From: Candidatus Marinacidobacterales bacterium
GTDB taxonomy: Bacteria > Acidobacteriota > Vicinamibacteria > Marinacidobacterales > SMYC01
Reading direction: 5' to 3'
Assembly: GCA_965237955.1 (NCBI GenBank)
Contig: OZ250169.1
Span: forward strand, 1,664,001-1,728,000
DNA: 64,000 nucleotides
Both the position numbers and the translations under genes were made by a program. The notes under the pieces were generated by a model that had not been told where the DNA came from, searched no databases, and worked only from the letters and a program-made list of their open reading frames with translations. Of the stretch, positions 1 through 10,480 are shown one piece after another; the stretch's first letter is position 1; each line of letters opens with the position of its first letter.

Positions 1-656
1 AAGAAGAGCACGTCCTCGAATCGATTCGCATCGCTTCCGGTGGTCCCGTGCAAGAAGGTGTCGTCGGAGCCGGAACCGGCACGAGTGCGTTCGGGTGGAA
101 AGGCGGGATCGGAACCTCGTCAAGGAAGCTCCCCGAGCGTCTCGGTGGCTATACGCTCGGGGTTCTGGTTCAGAGCAACTACGGCGGCGTGCTGCAGATG
201 GACGGCTTGCCGGTGGGGAAGGAGTTGGGTCAGTACTACCTGAAGAGCGCCGTCGAAGATGAAGGCAATAGTCCCGATGGCTCGATCATGATGGTGGTTG
301 CCACCGACGCTCCCGTGCGGACGGATGGGCTCTACCGGATCGCGAAACGTGCGATGCTCGGTCTCGGCCGTACCGGTGCGACGTCATCGAGCGGCAGCGG
401 GGACTACGTCATCGCGTTCTCGACGGCGCCCGAGCTGAGAAGCAAGGACGAAAGCGATGATCTCACCGAAGGCGCCGCGGTGATGCGCCACGAGGACCTT
501 TCACCGTTGTTTCAGGCAACCATCGAAACGACGGAAGAGGCCATCTTCAACTCGCTCCTCAAGGCGGTCGTCGTCGTCGGCAAGAACGGCAACCGCCGCG
601 ACGCACTCCCGATCGACCGTGTGCTCGAGATCAAAAAGAAGTACAACCGCGAGTAG
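1..656 (+). CDS. DmpA/P1 family aminopeptidase (5' truncated by window edge)
   Basis: VGAGTG, GGIGTSSR, GVLVQSNYGG, autoproteolytic DG|SI site, GSGDYVIAFST, EEAIFNSL motifs. Confidence 0.9.
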   Translation, partial: EEHVLESIRIASGGPVQEGVVGAGTGTSAFGWKGGIGTSSRKLPERLGGYTLGVLVQSNYGGVLQMDGLPVGKELGQYYLKSAVEDEGNSPDGSIMMVVATDAPVRTDGLYRIAKRAMLGLGRTGATSSSGSGDYVIAFSTAPELRSKDESDDLTEGAAVMRHEDLSPLFQATIETTEEAIFNSLLKAVVVVGKNGNRRDALPIDRVLEIKKKYNRE

Positions 657-657
657 C

Positions 658-1854
658 GTGGACAAGATCAAAGTTCTGCAAATCTGTGACCACCTCGGGT
701 GGGAGGGGTCTCGAATGCATGGGGTCAAGCGGCTCTTTGCATGGATGATCCCGCGGTTCGACAAGAGCCGGTTCGACGTCTCGCTTCTCAGTCTTCGCAA
801 GAAAGATCTCTCCGAGGACAAGCTCGAAGACTACGGCTTCGCCGTGTACTACCTCGAGAAAGGGAAGTTCGACCCGTCGACGTTGCCGGCGCTGATTTCT
901 TTGCTGAAGCGTCTCGACATCGACGTGATCCAGACCCATGGCTACGGCGCGACCACGTTCGGGAGAGCGGCGGCGGTGTATCTCGGAATCCCGAACATCC
1001 TCCACGAGCACGCCAACCTGACCGACACCCCATGGTTTCAGAAGATCCCGGACAAGCTCTTCGATCGCTACACCGACGTCGCGATCGCCGTTTCCGAGTC
1101 GACGCGCGAGTTCTGTATCCGTGGACGGCTCCTATCCCCCGAGAGGGTCAAGAAAGTGTTTCTCGGCGCGCCGCTCGACGAGTTCCAGCCGTTCACGCGA
1201 GGCCAAACCAAGGATGCGCGGCACCGATTCGGATTCGAAGACGACTCGCTGAAGATCTTCGGGACCGTCACCCGGCTTCATGAGTCGAAGGGCAACCGCT
1301 ACTTTATCGACGCCGCGGCTCGGGTGGCGAAAGAGCTGCCCGAGGCGCGCTTCGTCATCGTGGGCGAGGGTCCGCTCCAGCCCGAGCTCGAAGCCCAGGC
1401 CGAACGTCTCGGTATTCGGGACCGCGTCGTGTTTCTCGGATTCCAGCGCGACGTCGCCGCGTGTTACGCGAGCTTCGACGTAGCCGTGTTCCCGTCGCTC
1501 TGGGAAGGCACGCCGCTGACGGTTTTCGAGTGCATGGCGATGCAAAAACCGATCTTGTCGACCGACGTCGACGGGCTCCGAGAAGTTCTCGTGAACGACG
1601 ATAACGCGCTCGTGGTCCAACCACGAGACACCAACGCGCTCGCGACCGGGATGGCCCGATTGATCGACGACGAAGCACTGGCGGAGCGCCTCGCGTCGAG
1701 AGCCCACGAGACATCCCAACGCTTCGGCATCCAGGCGTTCGTCGACACCATGGAGCAGCTCTATGACGTCCTCGTCCGGCGTTATCGCGACGAGGGCCGC
1801 CGGCCGCGGTGGGATTACGCCAAGGACTTCGACTTTCTCCCGGCAAATTCATGA
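658..1854 (+). CDS. GT4 family glycosyltransferase
   Basis: GTG at 658; C-terminal Glycos_transf_1 motif FPSLWEGTPLTVFECMA; RLHESKG. Confidence 0.9.
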   Translation: MDKIKVLQICDHLGWEGSRMHGVKRLFAWMIPRFDKSRFDVSLLSLRKKDLSEDKLEDYGFAVYYLEKGKFDPSTLPALISLLKRLDIDVIQTHGYGATTFGRAAAVYLGIPNILHEHANLTDTPWFQKIPDKLFDRYTDVAIAVSESTREFCIRGRLLSPERVKKVFLGAPLDEFQPFTRGQTKDARHRFGFEDDSLKIFGTVTRLHESKGNRYFIDAAARVAKELPEARFVIVGEGPLQPELEAQAERLGIRDRVVFLGFQRDVAACYASFDVAVFPSLWEGTPLTVFECMAMQKPILSTDVDGLREVLVNDDNALVVQPRDTNALATGMARLIDDEALAERLASRAHETSQRFGIQAFVDTMEQLYDVLVRRYRDEGRRPRWDYAKDFDFLPANS

Positions 1855-1873
1855 GCGTGCGCGGTGCATCAAT

Positions 1874-2827
1874 GTGAAGGCCGGCAAGCTCTCGTTTGTG
1901 TTGCGCATCGCGGTGAGTGTCGGTCTCATCGTGTTCATGCTCTCGCGCCTCGATCTCGAGAACATGTTGTGGTTTCTGCGCCGCGCCGACGTGTCGCTGG
2001 TGCTGGCAACGCTCGTCACCGTGTTCGTCGACCGCGCGTTCATGGTGGTGCGGTGGATGAAGCTCGTCGAAGCACTCGATATTCAAGTGCCGGGCGTGCG
2101 GGTGGTCAAGATTTTCTTTCTCAGCACGTTCTTCGGCAGCTTTCTTCCGTCAGGCGTCGGTGGGGAAGCGGTGCGCGCGGTCTCGTTTTCGCGATTGACG
2201 TCGCGCGGGGTAGAGTCCGTGGCCTCGGTGGTGATGGATCGACTGCTCGGGCTCTTGTCGATGCTTCTCATGGGGCTCATGTCCTTGACCGTGTTCTATC
2301 GCGTCTATCCTCACCCGGCACTTCTGGGGGTCGTCGTCGTGGCTGCGGTGGCGCTGGTCGCGGGGTTGGCGCTTGTTCTCTCGCGCACGATGCATGCGCG
2401 GATTATGGCGCGCGGCCAAGAGAACTGGCTTTCGAAAGCAGCGCAAGCCATGGGCCGCTACCGCGATCGGCTCGGGACGCTCGGCATCGTCTTGCTGTTA
2501 TCACTCGGCGTGCAAGGTCTTCGTGTTCTGCAGGCGTATCTTCTGTCCGAAGCGCTGGATCTCGGAACGCCGGTCATCTACTTTCTATGCTTCATCCCAC
2601 CGATCCTGGTAGTCACCATGCTGCCGATATCGGTCGGAGGCTGGGGGACGACCAACGTCGCGTATGTCGCGCTTTTCTCTCAAGTGGGTATGGACCCTGA
2701 CGGGGCGTTCGTGTTGTCGGTCCTGATCCTCGCGCTCGGTGTCATCGGCAATCTTCCCGGCGGTTTGATTTATGCTTGGGAGGGATTCAGCTCGTCGCAG
2801 GCGGAAAAGGCTGGCGAAAACGCATGA
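1874..2827 (+). CDS. LPG-synthase TM / UPF0104 flippase-like membrane protein
   Basis: Multi-TM; FLPSGVGGEAVRA, DRLLGL, LPISVGGWG motifs; lies between two GT4 genes. Confidence 0.85.
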   Translation: MKAGKLSFVLRIAVSVGLIVFMLSRLDLENMLWFLRRADVSLVLATLVTVFVDRAFMVVRWMKLVEALDIQVPGVRVVKIFFLSTFFGSFLPSGVGGEAVRAVSFSRLTSRGVESVASVVMDRLLGLLSMLLMGLMSLTVFYRVYPHPALLGVVVVAAVALVAGLALVLSRTMHARIMARGQENWLSKAAQAMGRYRDRLGTLGIVLLLSLGVQGLRVLQAYLLSEALDLGTPVIYFLCFIPPILVVTMLPISVGGWGTTNVAYVALFSQVGMDPDGAFVLSVLILALGVIGNLPGGLIYAWEGFSSSQAEKAGENA

Positions 2828-3924
2828 GCAAAGTTGCGATCGAGACGGTCGCGCCGTCGGAGGAGACGGCACTCTCCGCGAGAGCGCTTCGCGTCATCGT
2901 CGTCACTTCGGATGTTCCCTTCGTCGACGGAGGCCATCGGGTAATCGCCAAAGAGATCACGCGCGCGCTCGAAGCCCAAGGTCATCTCGCGGAGCTCGTG
3001 ACCACAACCCAGAATCGTTTTGGAAGACAGTTCTCCGCCTACGTCGCCAACCGATTCACCGACGTGGGTGAGACGGGCGCGGGAGAGCCCGTGGACCAAG
3101 TGATATCGCTTCGCTACCCGAGTTTCGCGGTACGCCACAAAAAGCACGTGTGCTGGCTCAACCACCGGATGCGCGAGTACTACGACTTGTGGCCGGCGTT
3201 CACGAAGAAGCTTTCCAAAAAGGCCGTCGCCAAGGAGTCGGTTCGTCGTTTTCTGATCCATCGTGCGGACCGTTATTTTCTGACGCGAAACGTCACCAAG
3301 CTCTACGCGCAGTCCAAGACGATTGCGCAACGCCTCCGCGATTTCGGCGACATCGACTCGGAAGTGTTGTACCCACCGCCACCCGAGCGCCCGTACCGCA
3401 CCGACGGCTACGAGAATTTCGTGTTCGCGGCATCCCGACTTCACCCGCTCAAACGCCTCGACCTTCTCGTCAAAGCGATGAAGCACCTGAAGTCGCAGGA
3501 GCTCCGCGCCGTCGTTGCGGGCACGGGTGAGGAGGAAGTGAGCTTGAAAAAACTCGCGGTCGAGCTCGGTGTTTCCGACCGCATCGACTTCGTGGGTCGT
3601 GTGAGCGACGAAGCGCTCGTCGACTACTACGCCCGATGCCGGGGCGTATTTTTCGCTCCGTTCATGGAAGACTACGGCTTCGTGACCCTCGAGGCCTTCC
3701 GCTCCAAGAAACCGGTGTTGACGTGCATGGACAGCGGTGGACCGGCCGAGCTCGTCTCCGTCGGCCGCTCCGGTTATGTTCTTCTTCCCGAGCCGTTTCA
3801 AATCGCCCGCGAGCTCGATGAGTGGGCTTCGAACGAAGAGCTGGCGAGGCGGATGGGCGAGAATGGTTACGCGGATACGCGCACGGTGCGCTGGGATGCT
3901 TGCATCGAGGCGCTCTTGTCATGA
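2824..3924 (+). CDS. GT4 family glycosyltransferase
   Basis: SRLHPLKR, EDYGFVTLEAF, DSGGPAE; ATGA overlap with upstream gene. Confidence 0.9.
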   Translation: MSKVAIETVAPSEETALSARALRVIVVTSDVPFVDGGHRVIAKEITRALEAQGHLAELVTTTQNRFGRQFSAYVANRFTDVGETGAGEPVDQVISLRYPSFAVRHKKHVCWLNHRMREYYDLWPAFTKKLSKKAVAKESVRRFLIHRADRYFLTRNVTKLYAQSKTIAQRLRDFGDIDSEVLYPPPPERPYRTDGYENFVFAASRLHPLKRLDLLVKAMKHLKSQELRAVVAGTGEEEVSLKKLAVELGVSDRIDFVGRVSDEALVDYYARCRGVFFAPFMEDYGFVTLEAFRSKKPVLTCMDSGGPAELVSVGRSGYVLLPEPFQIARELDEWASNEELARRMGENGYADTRTVRWDACIEALLS

Positions 3925-3947
3925 AGCTGGTTGTCATCGACTAGAAT

Positions 3948-4427
3948 TTAGTTTCCTGGTCGTTCGCTTGCGGGGATTGACGTGAAGGCGATCGAGGCGA
4001 GCTTCCACTGGTCGTCCTGCCGCACCAGCGTGAAAAAATCGACACCGAACGACGCCACCCCGGTGTCGCGTACGATCTCGAACTCCGCTCTCACCATGGC
4101 GAGCTCGCCGCTCGCGACTTCGATCTCGACGTTCGTCAACTCCTCGCGGAACGGCCGGGGACCCGGCCCCTCCATGAGGCCGTCGAGCCACTCTCGACCG
4201 CTTTGGACACGGTTCACGAAGCCGCCCCTCGACCAACGGGCGGTGATGATGTTCGCGTCCTCGGTCATGTGCTGGCCGAGAGCATAGAAGCGAAGCCCTC
4301 CCAAGAGCTCGAGAAAGTGAACCACGGTTTCGTGGACCTCCATCTCGAGGCCAGGATCTTGGTCTTGAGGCGCTCGAGGCGACGCGACGAGCAGGACTAT
4401 CAGGAGCGTGGCGGCGAACAGTTTCAT
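3948..4427 (-). CDS. Secreted NTF2/SnoaL-like protein
   Basis: Signal peptide; C-terminal GVDFFTLVRQDDQWKLASI typical of NTF2-like fold. Confidence 0.75.
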   Translation of the reverse strand: MKLFAATLLIVLLVASPRAPQDQDPGLEMEVHETVVHFLELLGGLRFYALGQHMTEDANIITARWSRGGFVNRVQSGREWLDGLMEGPGPRPFREELTNVEIEVASGELAMVRAEFEIVRDTGVASFGVDFFTLVRQDDQWKLASIAFTSIPASERPGN

Positions 4428-4481
4428 GAAAGCATTCTAAGTTGAAAACGAGGGCCATCGGGTGTATCAATTTAGATCACC

Positions 4482-5348
4482 ATGTACCGGGTTTTCGTAG
4501 CGCTCGCGGTCTTTGCGCTGGTAGCGCCCGTGGCCGCCGGGCAAACTGTTGGGGCTGCTGGTCCTACTGATTATGCAGAAGCGGATCTTTGGCCCGATCG
4601 CGAAGAGCTGGAGCACTTCTTGCGCAAGGCCAAGATCACCGAGCGGAAGAAGATCGGTAAGGGCATCACCAATCCCGAGAAAGTCACGCTCGAGCTCGAC
4701 GGCGTCGTGCGGCATGCGATCTTCAAGAGGGTCGACAAGAAACACGACAACTGGCGTTACGAGGTTGCGGCGTACGAGCTCGACAAACTCTTGGGTCTGG
4801 GCATGGTCCCACCTACGGTGAAGCGCGGCCTCCGCGGGCGCAAGGGGTGCCTCCAACTTTGGGTCACCGGGACGGTAATGGTCGAGTTCGAGGGCGAGTT
4901 TCCGGATATGGACCGATGGCGTGAGCAAGTGAGTGTCATGTGGCTCTTCGACGATCTCATCGCGAACATCGATCGCCATCTCAACAACGCGATGGTCTCA
5001 CCCGATCACCGGTTGATGCTCATCGACAACTCGAAGACGTTTCGTTATCAGAAAACATTGCTGAACGATTTGAACGCCAACGGTACCGGCACCCACGCCC
5101 GCTTCTGGGGTGTCGACTACGACGAGAACCGCGAGCGCTACCCGACGCGCTATCCCCCGGAGCTCACCGAACGACTGCGCGGCTTGTCCAAGGACGAACT
5201 CAAGGGCGCGATCAAAAAGTTTGTTTGGGGACAGAACCGAAAGTTCGTGCACAAGAGGCTCGAGCTCATTCTTGAGCGCATCGATTCCATGGAAGCGGTC
5301 GCGAACGATACCCAGCCCGAATCTCCGACGTTGCAGTCGACACCCTGA
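4482..5348 (+). CDS. Secreted atypical kinase-fold protein (PI3/PI4K-/HipA-like)
   Basis: Signal peptide; GKGIT loop, AIFK Lys, YEVAAY Glu, VPPTV, NIDRHLNN catalytic loop, LIDN. Confidence 0.7.
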   Translation: MYRVFVALAVFALVAPVAAGQTVGAAGPTDYAEADLWPDREELEHFLRKAKITERKKIGKGITNPEKVTLELDGVVRHAIFKRVDKKHDNWRYEVAAYELDKLLGLGMVPPTVKRGLRGRKGCLQLWVTGTVMVEFEGEFPDMDRWREQVSVMWLFDDLIANIDRHLNNAMVSPDHRLMLIDNSKTFRYQKTLLNDLNANGTGTHARFWGVDYDENRERYPTRYPPELTERLRGLSKDELKGAIKKFVWGQNRKFVHKRLELILERIDSMEAVANDTQPESPTLQSTP

Positions 5349-5575
5349 TCACTTCTGGGACTGTGAGCGACTCCGAAACTCTGGTCTCCATTTTTCACCC
5401 CGACATGGTGTGGCCGTGGCCTCCCGATGAGCACACCCACGATCCCGTGCACTGGGTGTTGACACAAATCCGCTGTGGTCCGCACGACGTCACGACCTGC
5501 AATAGTTCGGCCTTGACGACCGGGCAGTGATAGTTCAGGATGCGCATCGGGCGGGACTTATCCGGAGGAGGGTTC

Positions 5576-6082
5576 ATGAAAACTTCAGTCATCGTATTAC
5601 TGGCGGGAACTATCGCATTCTCACTGGCGTGCGCCCCCGTCGAAGCGCCGGTGGAGCCAGTCGATCTCGAAGCGGTGAAAGCCGAGCTCATCGAAAAAGA
5701 TAAAGCGTGGGCTGACGCCTACGCGTCTGCGGAAAACAGCACGGATGCCTTTATGGCGCCGTTCGAAGACGACGCTCGCCTGCTCGCCCCCGACATGCCG
5801 CTTGCGGAGGGTAAGGATGCGATCCGCGCCGTTATCGAAGAGATGGAAGCGTTGCCTGGTATCGAAACCGCATGGACGGCGGAAGCAGCGGATGTGTCCG
5901 AGGGCGGCGACTTCGGCTACACGACCGGGAGCTACTATATGAACATGGACGCGCCCGACGGCGCGCCGATCCGTATCGACGGCAAGTACCTCACGGTGTG
6001 GCGACGGCAGGCAGACGGCTCATGGAAAATCGCAGCGGACATGTTCAACCCGAACGGTCCTCCGACTCCCGTCGAAGAATAG
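5576..6082 (+). CDS. DUF4440/YybH NTF2-like lipoprotein
   Basis: GGAGGA SD; lipobox SLAC; GDFGYTTG and GKYLTVWRRQADGSWK. Confidence 0.85.
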   Translation: MKTSVIVLLAGTIAFSLACAPVEAPVEPVDLEAVKAELIEKDKAWADAYASAENSTDAFMAPFEDDARLLAPDMPLAEGKDAIRAVIEEMEALPGIETAWTAEAADVSEGGDFGYTTGSYYMNMDAPDGAPIRIDGKYLTVWRRQADGSWKIAADMFNPNGPPTPVEE

Positions 6083-6085
6083 AGC

Positions 6086-7546
6086 TCAAACGCCGAAGAG
6101 CGGGCGTACTAGCAGGAGGGTGAGGAGACTGATCAGGATCACTCCGATCAGATTGACGCCGATTCCTGCTTTCACGAGTTGCGGTACGGTGAAGTAACCG
6201 GTGCCGAACACGATTGCGTTCGGCGGCGTCGCGGCGGGAAGCATGAACGCGCACGAAGCCGCGAGAGTCGCCGGGATCGCGAGAACGAGTGGCGAGAGTC
6301 CCATGCTCGTCGCCGTCGCGGCGAGAATCGGGATCGACATGGCCGCCGACGCAGTGTTGGACGCGAACTCGGTCAACGTCACGATCAGAACGATCACGAT
6401 GACGATGAAAAGCGGCAGCGGCAGCTGGGCGAAGATTTGAAGCTGGTCGCCCACCCACGCAGACAAACCGTTCCGCTCGAACCCTGCCGCGAGCGAGAAA
6501 CCGCCGCCGAACAGCAACAGCACGTCCCAAGGTAGACGGGAAGCCCATTTCCAGTTGAGAAGTCGTTCGCCGTTTCCGGCCGGGGTGAGAAAAAGCACCA
6601 CCGTCGCCATCATCGCGATCGTGGAGTCGGTGACGAAGCTCCCTGTCGGAATCCACGCGGTCCACAACGGGCGGAACGTCCACGCGAACGCGGTGACGCC
6701 GAAGACGACGGCGACTCGCTTTTCGGGTGTCGTCATCGCGCCCAGCTTGTCAAGCTCGGCTTGAATACGAGCGGCGCCGCCAGGTATGGACTGGATTTCC
6801 AACGGAAACGCGACCTTGGTGAGCCAAAGCCAGGTCAACGGCAAGAACAACAGGACCAACGGAATCCCGAAGCCGAGCCATCTCACGAAGGAGATCTCGA
6901 TCCCGTGGATCGCCGACATCGTTCCTGCAAGAAACACGTTCGGCGGCGTTCCGATGATCGTCGCGACCCCACCGATGGACGCGCCGTAGGCGATCCCGAG
7001 CATGACGTTGGCGCCGAAGTGGAAATGACCGGGCCGGGTATCGATGCCCCAACCTTCGGCTTCGACCGCTTCGACCGCTTGTTGGATGACGGCGAGACCA
7101 ATCGGCATCATCATCGCCGCGGTGGCGGTGTTCGACACCCACATGGAGATGAAGGCGGCGGCGCACATGAAGCCGAGAACGATCCGCGACGGAGACGTTC
7201 CCACGCGGTGCACGATGGTGAGAGCCATGCGGCGGTGGAGGTTCCAACGTTGCATCGCCTGAGCGAGCATGAACCCGCCGAGAAAGAGATAGACGAGGTG
7301 GTTGGCGTACGGAGTCGCCGACTCTTGAGCGCTTCCGAGCCCGAGCAGGGGAAACAGAGCAAGCGGTAGGAGCGACGTCGCGGCCAGCGGAATCGCTTCG
7401 CTCACCCACCAGGTGGCCATGAGGGCGGCGACCGCCATCATGCGCTGTACTTGCGGTGGCACGCCGCTCGGCAAGAACACGATCGCCACGAAGAGCAGCG
7501 GCCCCAGAAAGAGTCCGACGCTCTCCCGGCTGGGTTTCTTATTCAC
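6086..7546 (-). CDS. DASS/SLC13 sodium:anion (dicarboxylate/sulfate) symporter
   Basis: SMWVSNTAT, IIGTPPN, TEFASNTA, PAATPPNAIVF motifs. Confidence 0.93.
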   Translation of the reverse strand: MNKKPSRESVGLFLGPLLFVAIVFLPSGVPPQVQRMMAVAALMATWWVSEAIPLAATSLLPLALFPLLGLGSAQESATPYANHLVYLFLGGFMLAQAMQRWNLHRRMALTIVHRVGTSPSRIVLGFMCAAAFISMWVSNTATAAMMMPIGLAVIQQAVEAVEAEGWGIDTRPGHFHFGANVMLGIAYGASIGGVATIIGTPPNVFLAGTMSAIHGIEISFVRWLGFGIPLVLLFLPLTWLWLTKVAFPLEIQSIPGGAARIQAELDKLGAMTTPEKRVAVVFGVTAFAWTFRPLWTAWIPTGSFVTDSTIAMMATVVLFLTPAGNGERLLNWKWASRLPWDVLLLFGGGFSLAAGFERNGLSAWVGDQLQIFAQLPLPLFIVIVIVLIVTLTEFASNTASAAMSIPILAATATSMGLSPLVLAIPATLAASCAFMLPAATPPNAIVFGTGYFTVPQLVKAGIGVNLIGVILISLLTLLLVRPLFGV

Positions 7547-10244
7547 CCGATGCGGCGCTTGTCTTCGGAAGACTCAGCAAGTTCGCGAAGAGCTTGTAAG
7601 CCGAGGGAACTCCCGCGGGCAACTGTCGGAAAAAACCGAGCCCGATGTAGATCCAGCGCCCCTCGCCGTATTGCGCTTCGACGAGCATGCCGGTCTTGAC
7701 ACCAGCGTTGTATTCCAGCGGATCCTCCGACGCGAGAAGCTCGGTGTAGCGCGGGTCTCCTTCGGGATCGAGGAAGTAGAGGCCACGTTCTTGCACCCAA
7801 CCGCCCCAGTCGTCTTCGGTGATCCGGTTCGGCGTGTTGAAGACCGGATGTTCGGGCACGAGGATGTCGATCGGCGCTTGCTCGACCGTCACGCGGTTGC
7901 GGCTCACTTTCTTGGGATACGGACCCCACTCGGCGGCGTTGAACTCGAATTTGTTGTATTGCACGAGAAGCGTTCCGCCTTCGGAGACGTAGTCCAACAA
8001 TCGTTGGTTGTACGATCTGAGATCCTCGCGCACGAGATAAGCGCGGACGCCGGTCATGATGACGTCGTATTGCGAGAGGTCGCCCTCGGCGAGATCCTCC
8101 GTTTGCAGGAACGTGAGCTCGGCGCCGAGCTGACGGATGGCGGCCGGAATCTCGTCACCGACGCCGACCACGTAGCCGACTTTGACGGGTGCGATGGAGA
8201 GATCGAGCGCCTGCACCGTCGCTTCCGCCGGGTGGTAGAGATAGCGGGTCTGGATGTGATGGTAGGCGATGGTCTGAACGCCTTCACGAAACTCCTCGCC
8301 GTTCACCCGGGCGACCGCTTTGACGTGGTAGGTGCCGCTCTCGATGTTGTCGGGCGGGGTGATGCGGAAGCGCACGGACACCGCAACGTTTTCGCGCTCG
8401 AACGAGAGCTCTGCCTCGGACGGCTCCACCGACCATCCCGAAGGAACTTCGACCTGAAGCGTGCCTACGGCGGCCTCCGTTCCCTTGTAGACGGCATTCA
8501 CCGAGACCGGGCGCGTCTTGTCGTCGGCTCCGGACGGAAACACGACGACGCCGGGCGCGACCGTCACCGAAACGAGCGGGAGCACGGAGACGATCTTCTG
8601 TTTCTCCGATCCGACCCAACGTCCTTCGTAGCGGTATTGGACCGGACGCTCGATCGAGACGTTGGTATTGCCGGAGCGAAACGTGATCGTGGCGGAGAGC
8701 GCGGGCGGACTCCACGGTAGGCCGAAGTCCGCGGGCTGGTTGAGCTCGAATCGATCGATGGTTGGATCGCCGCGGCCCCAGTAGGGGCGATCGTAAGCGG
8801 CATCCGGGGCGACGGTGACTTCATAGGGAGCCGAGAGCGCGGCGTTGTCGATCAGAGAGGCTGGAATGTCTGGGAAGGCATCTCGGTCCTCGCCATCTTT
8901 TTCGCCAACTTTCTTGATTTCCGCGACACTCCATCCCGCGGGCGTGCCGATCTCGATCGACTGGAGCTCGATAGGCTGCGGGCTTCGATTCGTCACCCGC
9001 ACGTCGACGTTGAGCTTCGATCCCCGTGTCACCTCGCCGCGATCCGCCACGGAGTCGAAGCCGATCCCGTGAGCGAGAACGAGCGCCGTCTCGAAGTCAT
9101 GCTCCTTGGGAGCGAGCCGATGCTCGAGCTCGTAGCGAGCGGATTCCGACAAATCACTCGACGCGATGTCGGCGCGGAGCTTGCGCACGGCCTCGAGGCC
9201 CCGGCGCAACGCGGGTACGGTTTTCCAAGGTTCGTTGGCGTCGAACGCATCGGTCGCGGCATCCACTTCTCGCTGCAACGCATTGAGCGCGAGGCCCACG
9301 AATCGGCCATGCTCCCCGGTGACAAAGGCTTCGAGCCGGGCGAGTCCGGTGTCGACGCCGTCGAACAGGTCGGTTTCTTCGTCCGCCACCGCGATGACGT
9401 TGTCCTCGAGGCGCCACACCGACTGGCGTGAGCCGGGAAACGCACGAAGCTGCCTCATCCCCTGACACTTATGGTTCGAGCGAGCTTCGAGACCCATCTG
9501 GTAGTACGAGCGCCCGAGGATGGGATCGTAGTGTCCAGTGTCGAGCTCCACCAGGTGGATGTCCTCGTCTTGCTGTTGCGGTGGTCGCCGCCCTGGACCG
9601 AAACCCACGCGCGTCCGCGAGTAGAGCTTCAACGGCTGCCACGGCCTCAACCCCGCCGCGATTTGCTCGGGAAACCGATTCGGATCCGCGGCCGCCCGAA
9701 ACGCTTCCGCGGTGAGAAGCCCGGACGTCTGATGATGCTGTCCGCCGCCGCCACCGCGAGGCGGAAGCATCACCATGACATCGGGACGGACCGTACGGAT
9801 GATGCGCACGATGTCTTCGAGAATTTCTTCCTCGCCCCACTTCTCGAGAGTTTCTTCGACGCTGAACGAGTAGCCGAACTCATACGCCCTGGTGAAGTAC
9901 TGCTCGACACCGTCGAAGCGGTGCATCGCCATGAGCTCTTCGGTTCTGAGAATCCCGATAGCCTCGAAGAGCTCGGGGCCGATCTCGTTTTGTCCACCGT
10001 CGCCCCGCGTCACCGTCAAAAGCGCCGTCCGGAGCCCTCGCCCGCGACTGAGCATGACGAGGAGTCCATTGTCCTCGTCGTCCGGGTGCGCCGTCGTGTG
10101 CAAGAACGTCGCGCCCGCGCCGAGTTTTCGGAGCTGAAGCGCGAGACCGGTGGCACCGCGGTCTTCGGGAATCGGCTCGATCTGCGCGAACGCAACCAAG
10201 GCAGTGAGACTGCACGTCAAAGCGAGCAAAATAAGGCGTTTCAT
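7539..10244 (-). CDS. Secreted PIG-L/LmbE family deacetylase with NEW3-like and C-terminal GATase1-like domains
   Basis: Signal peptide; AHPDDED, TRGDGGQN, GQHHQ motifs; C-terminal WVQERGLYF/FRQLPAGV. Confidence 0.88.
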   Translation of the reverse strand: MKRLILLALTCSLTALVAFAQIEPIPEDRGATGLALQLRKLGAGATFLHTTAHPDDEDNGLLVMLSRGRGLRTALLTVTRGDGGQNEIGPELFEAIGILRTEELMAMHRFDGVEQYFTRAYEFGYSFSVEETLEKWGEEEILEDIVRIIRTVRPDVMVMLPPRGGGGGQHHQTSGLLTAEAFRAAADPNRFPEQIAAGLRPWQPLKLYSRTRVGFGPGRRPPQQQDEDIHLVELDTGHYDPILGRSYYQMGLEARSNHKCQGMRQLRAFPGSRQSVWRLEDNVIAVADEETDLFDGVDTGLARLEAFVTGEHGRFVGLALNALQREVDAATDAFDANEPWKTVPALRRGLEAVRKLRADIASSDLSESARYELEHRLAPKEHDFETALVLAHGIGFDSVADRGEVTRGSKLNVDVRVTNRSPQPIELQSIEIGTPAGWSVAEIKKVGEKDGEDRDAFPDIPASLIDNAALSAPYEVTVAPDAAYDRPYWGRGDPTIDRFELNQPADFGLPWSPPALSATITFRSGNTNVSIERPVQYRYEGRWVGSEKQKIVSVLPLVSVTVAPGVVVFPSGADDKTRPVSVNAVYKGTEAAVGTLQVEVPSGWSVEPSEAELSFERENVAVSVRFRITPPDNIESGTYHVKAVARVNGEEFREGVQTIAYHHIQTRYLYHPAEATVQALDLSIAPVKVGYVVGVGDEIPAAIRQLGAELTFLQTEDLAEGDLSQYDVIMTGVRAYLVREDLRSYNQRLLDYVSEGGTLLVQYNKFEFNAAEWGPYPKKVSRNRVTVEQAPIDILVPEHPVFNTPNRITEDDWGGWVQERGLYFLDPEGDPRYTELLASEDPLEYNAGVKTGMLVEAQYGEGRWIYIGLGFFRQLPAGVPSAYKLFANLLSLPKTSAASGE

Positions 10245-10480
10245 GTAGAGCTCCTCGAGGCGTCGATGCCTTCGCGCAGCATAGTGAGCGTTCTGGATGA
10301 TGTCAAAAAAAGTCACGAGAAACTGACAAGAGGGAGGTTTCGAGTCTCCAAAGTCGTCTCTAAAACGGATAACGAAAGGAGACGACCGGGGCTGGCGGTA
10401 TTGGTTGACATATTTCCCACAGACAACTAAGCATGCGGACGCCCTCGAGCTCTAGACCGCTTCCTCTATAATGCCCGCGC

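Noticed and set aside
5349-5575. ncRNA in the intergenic region
   Set aside because: Only a modest hairpin (CACCCA/TGGGTG); no recognisable RNA family features.
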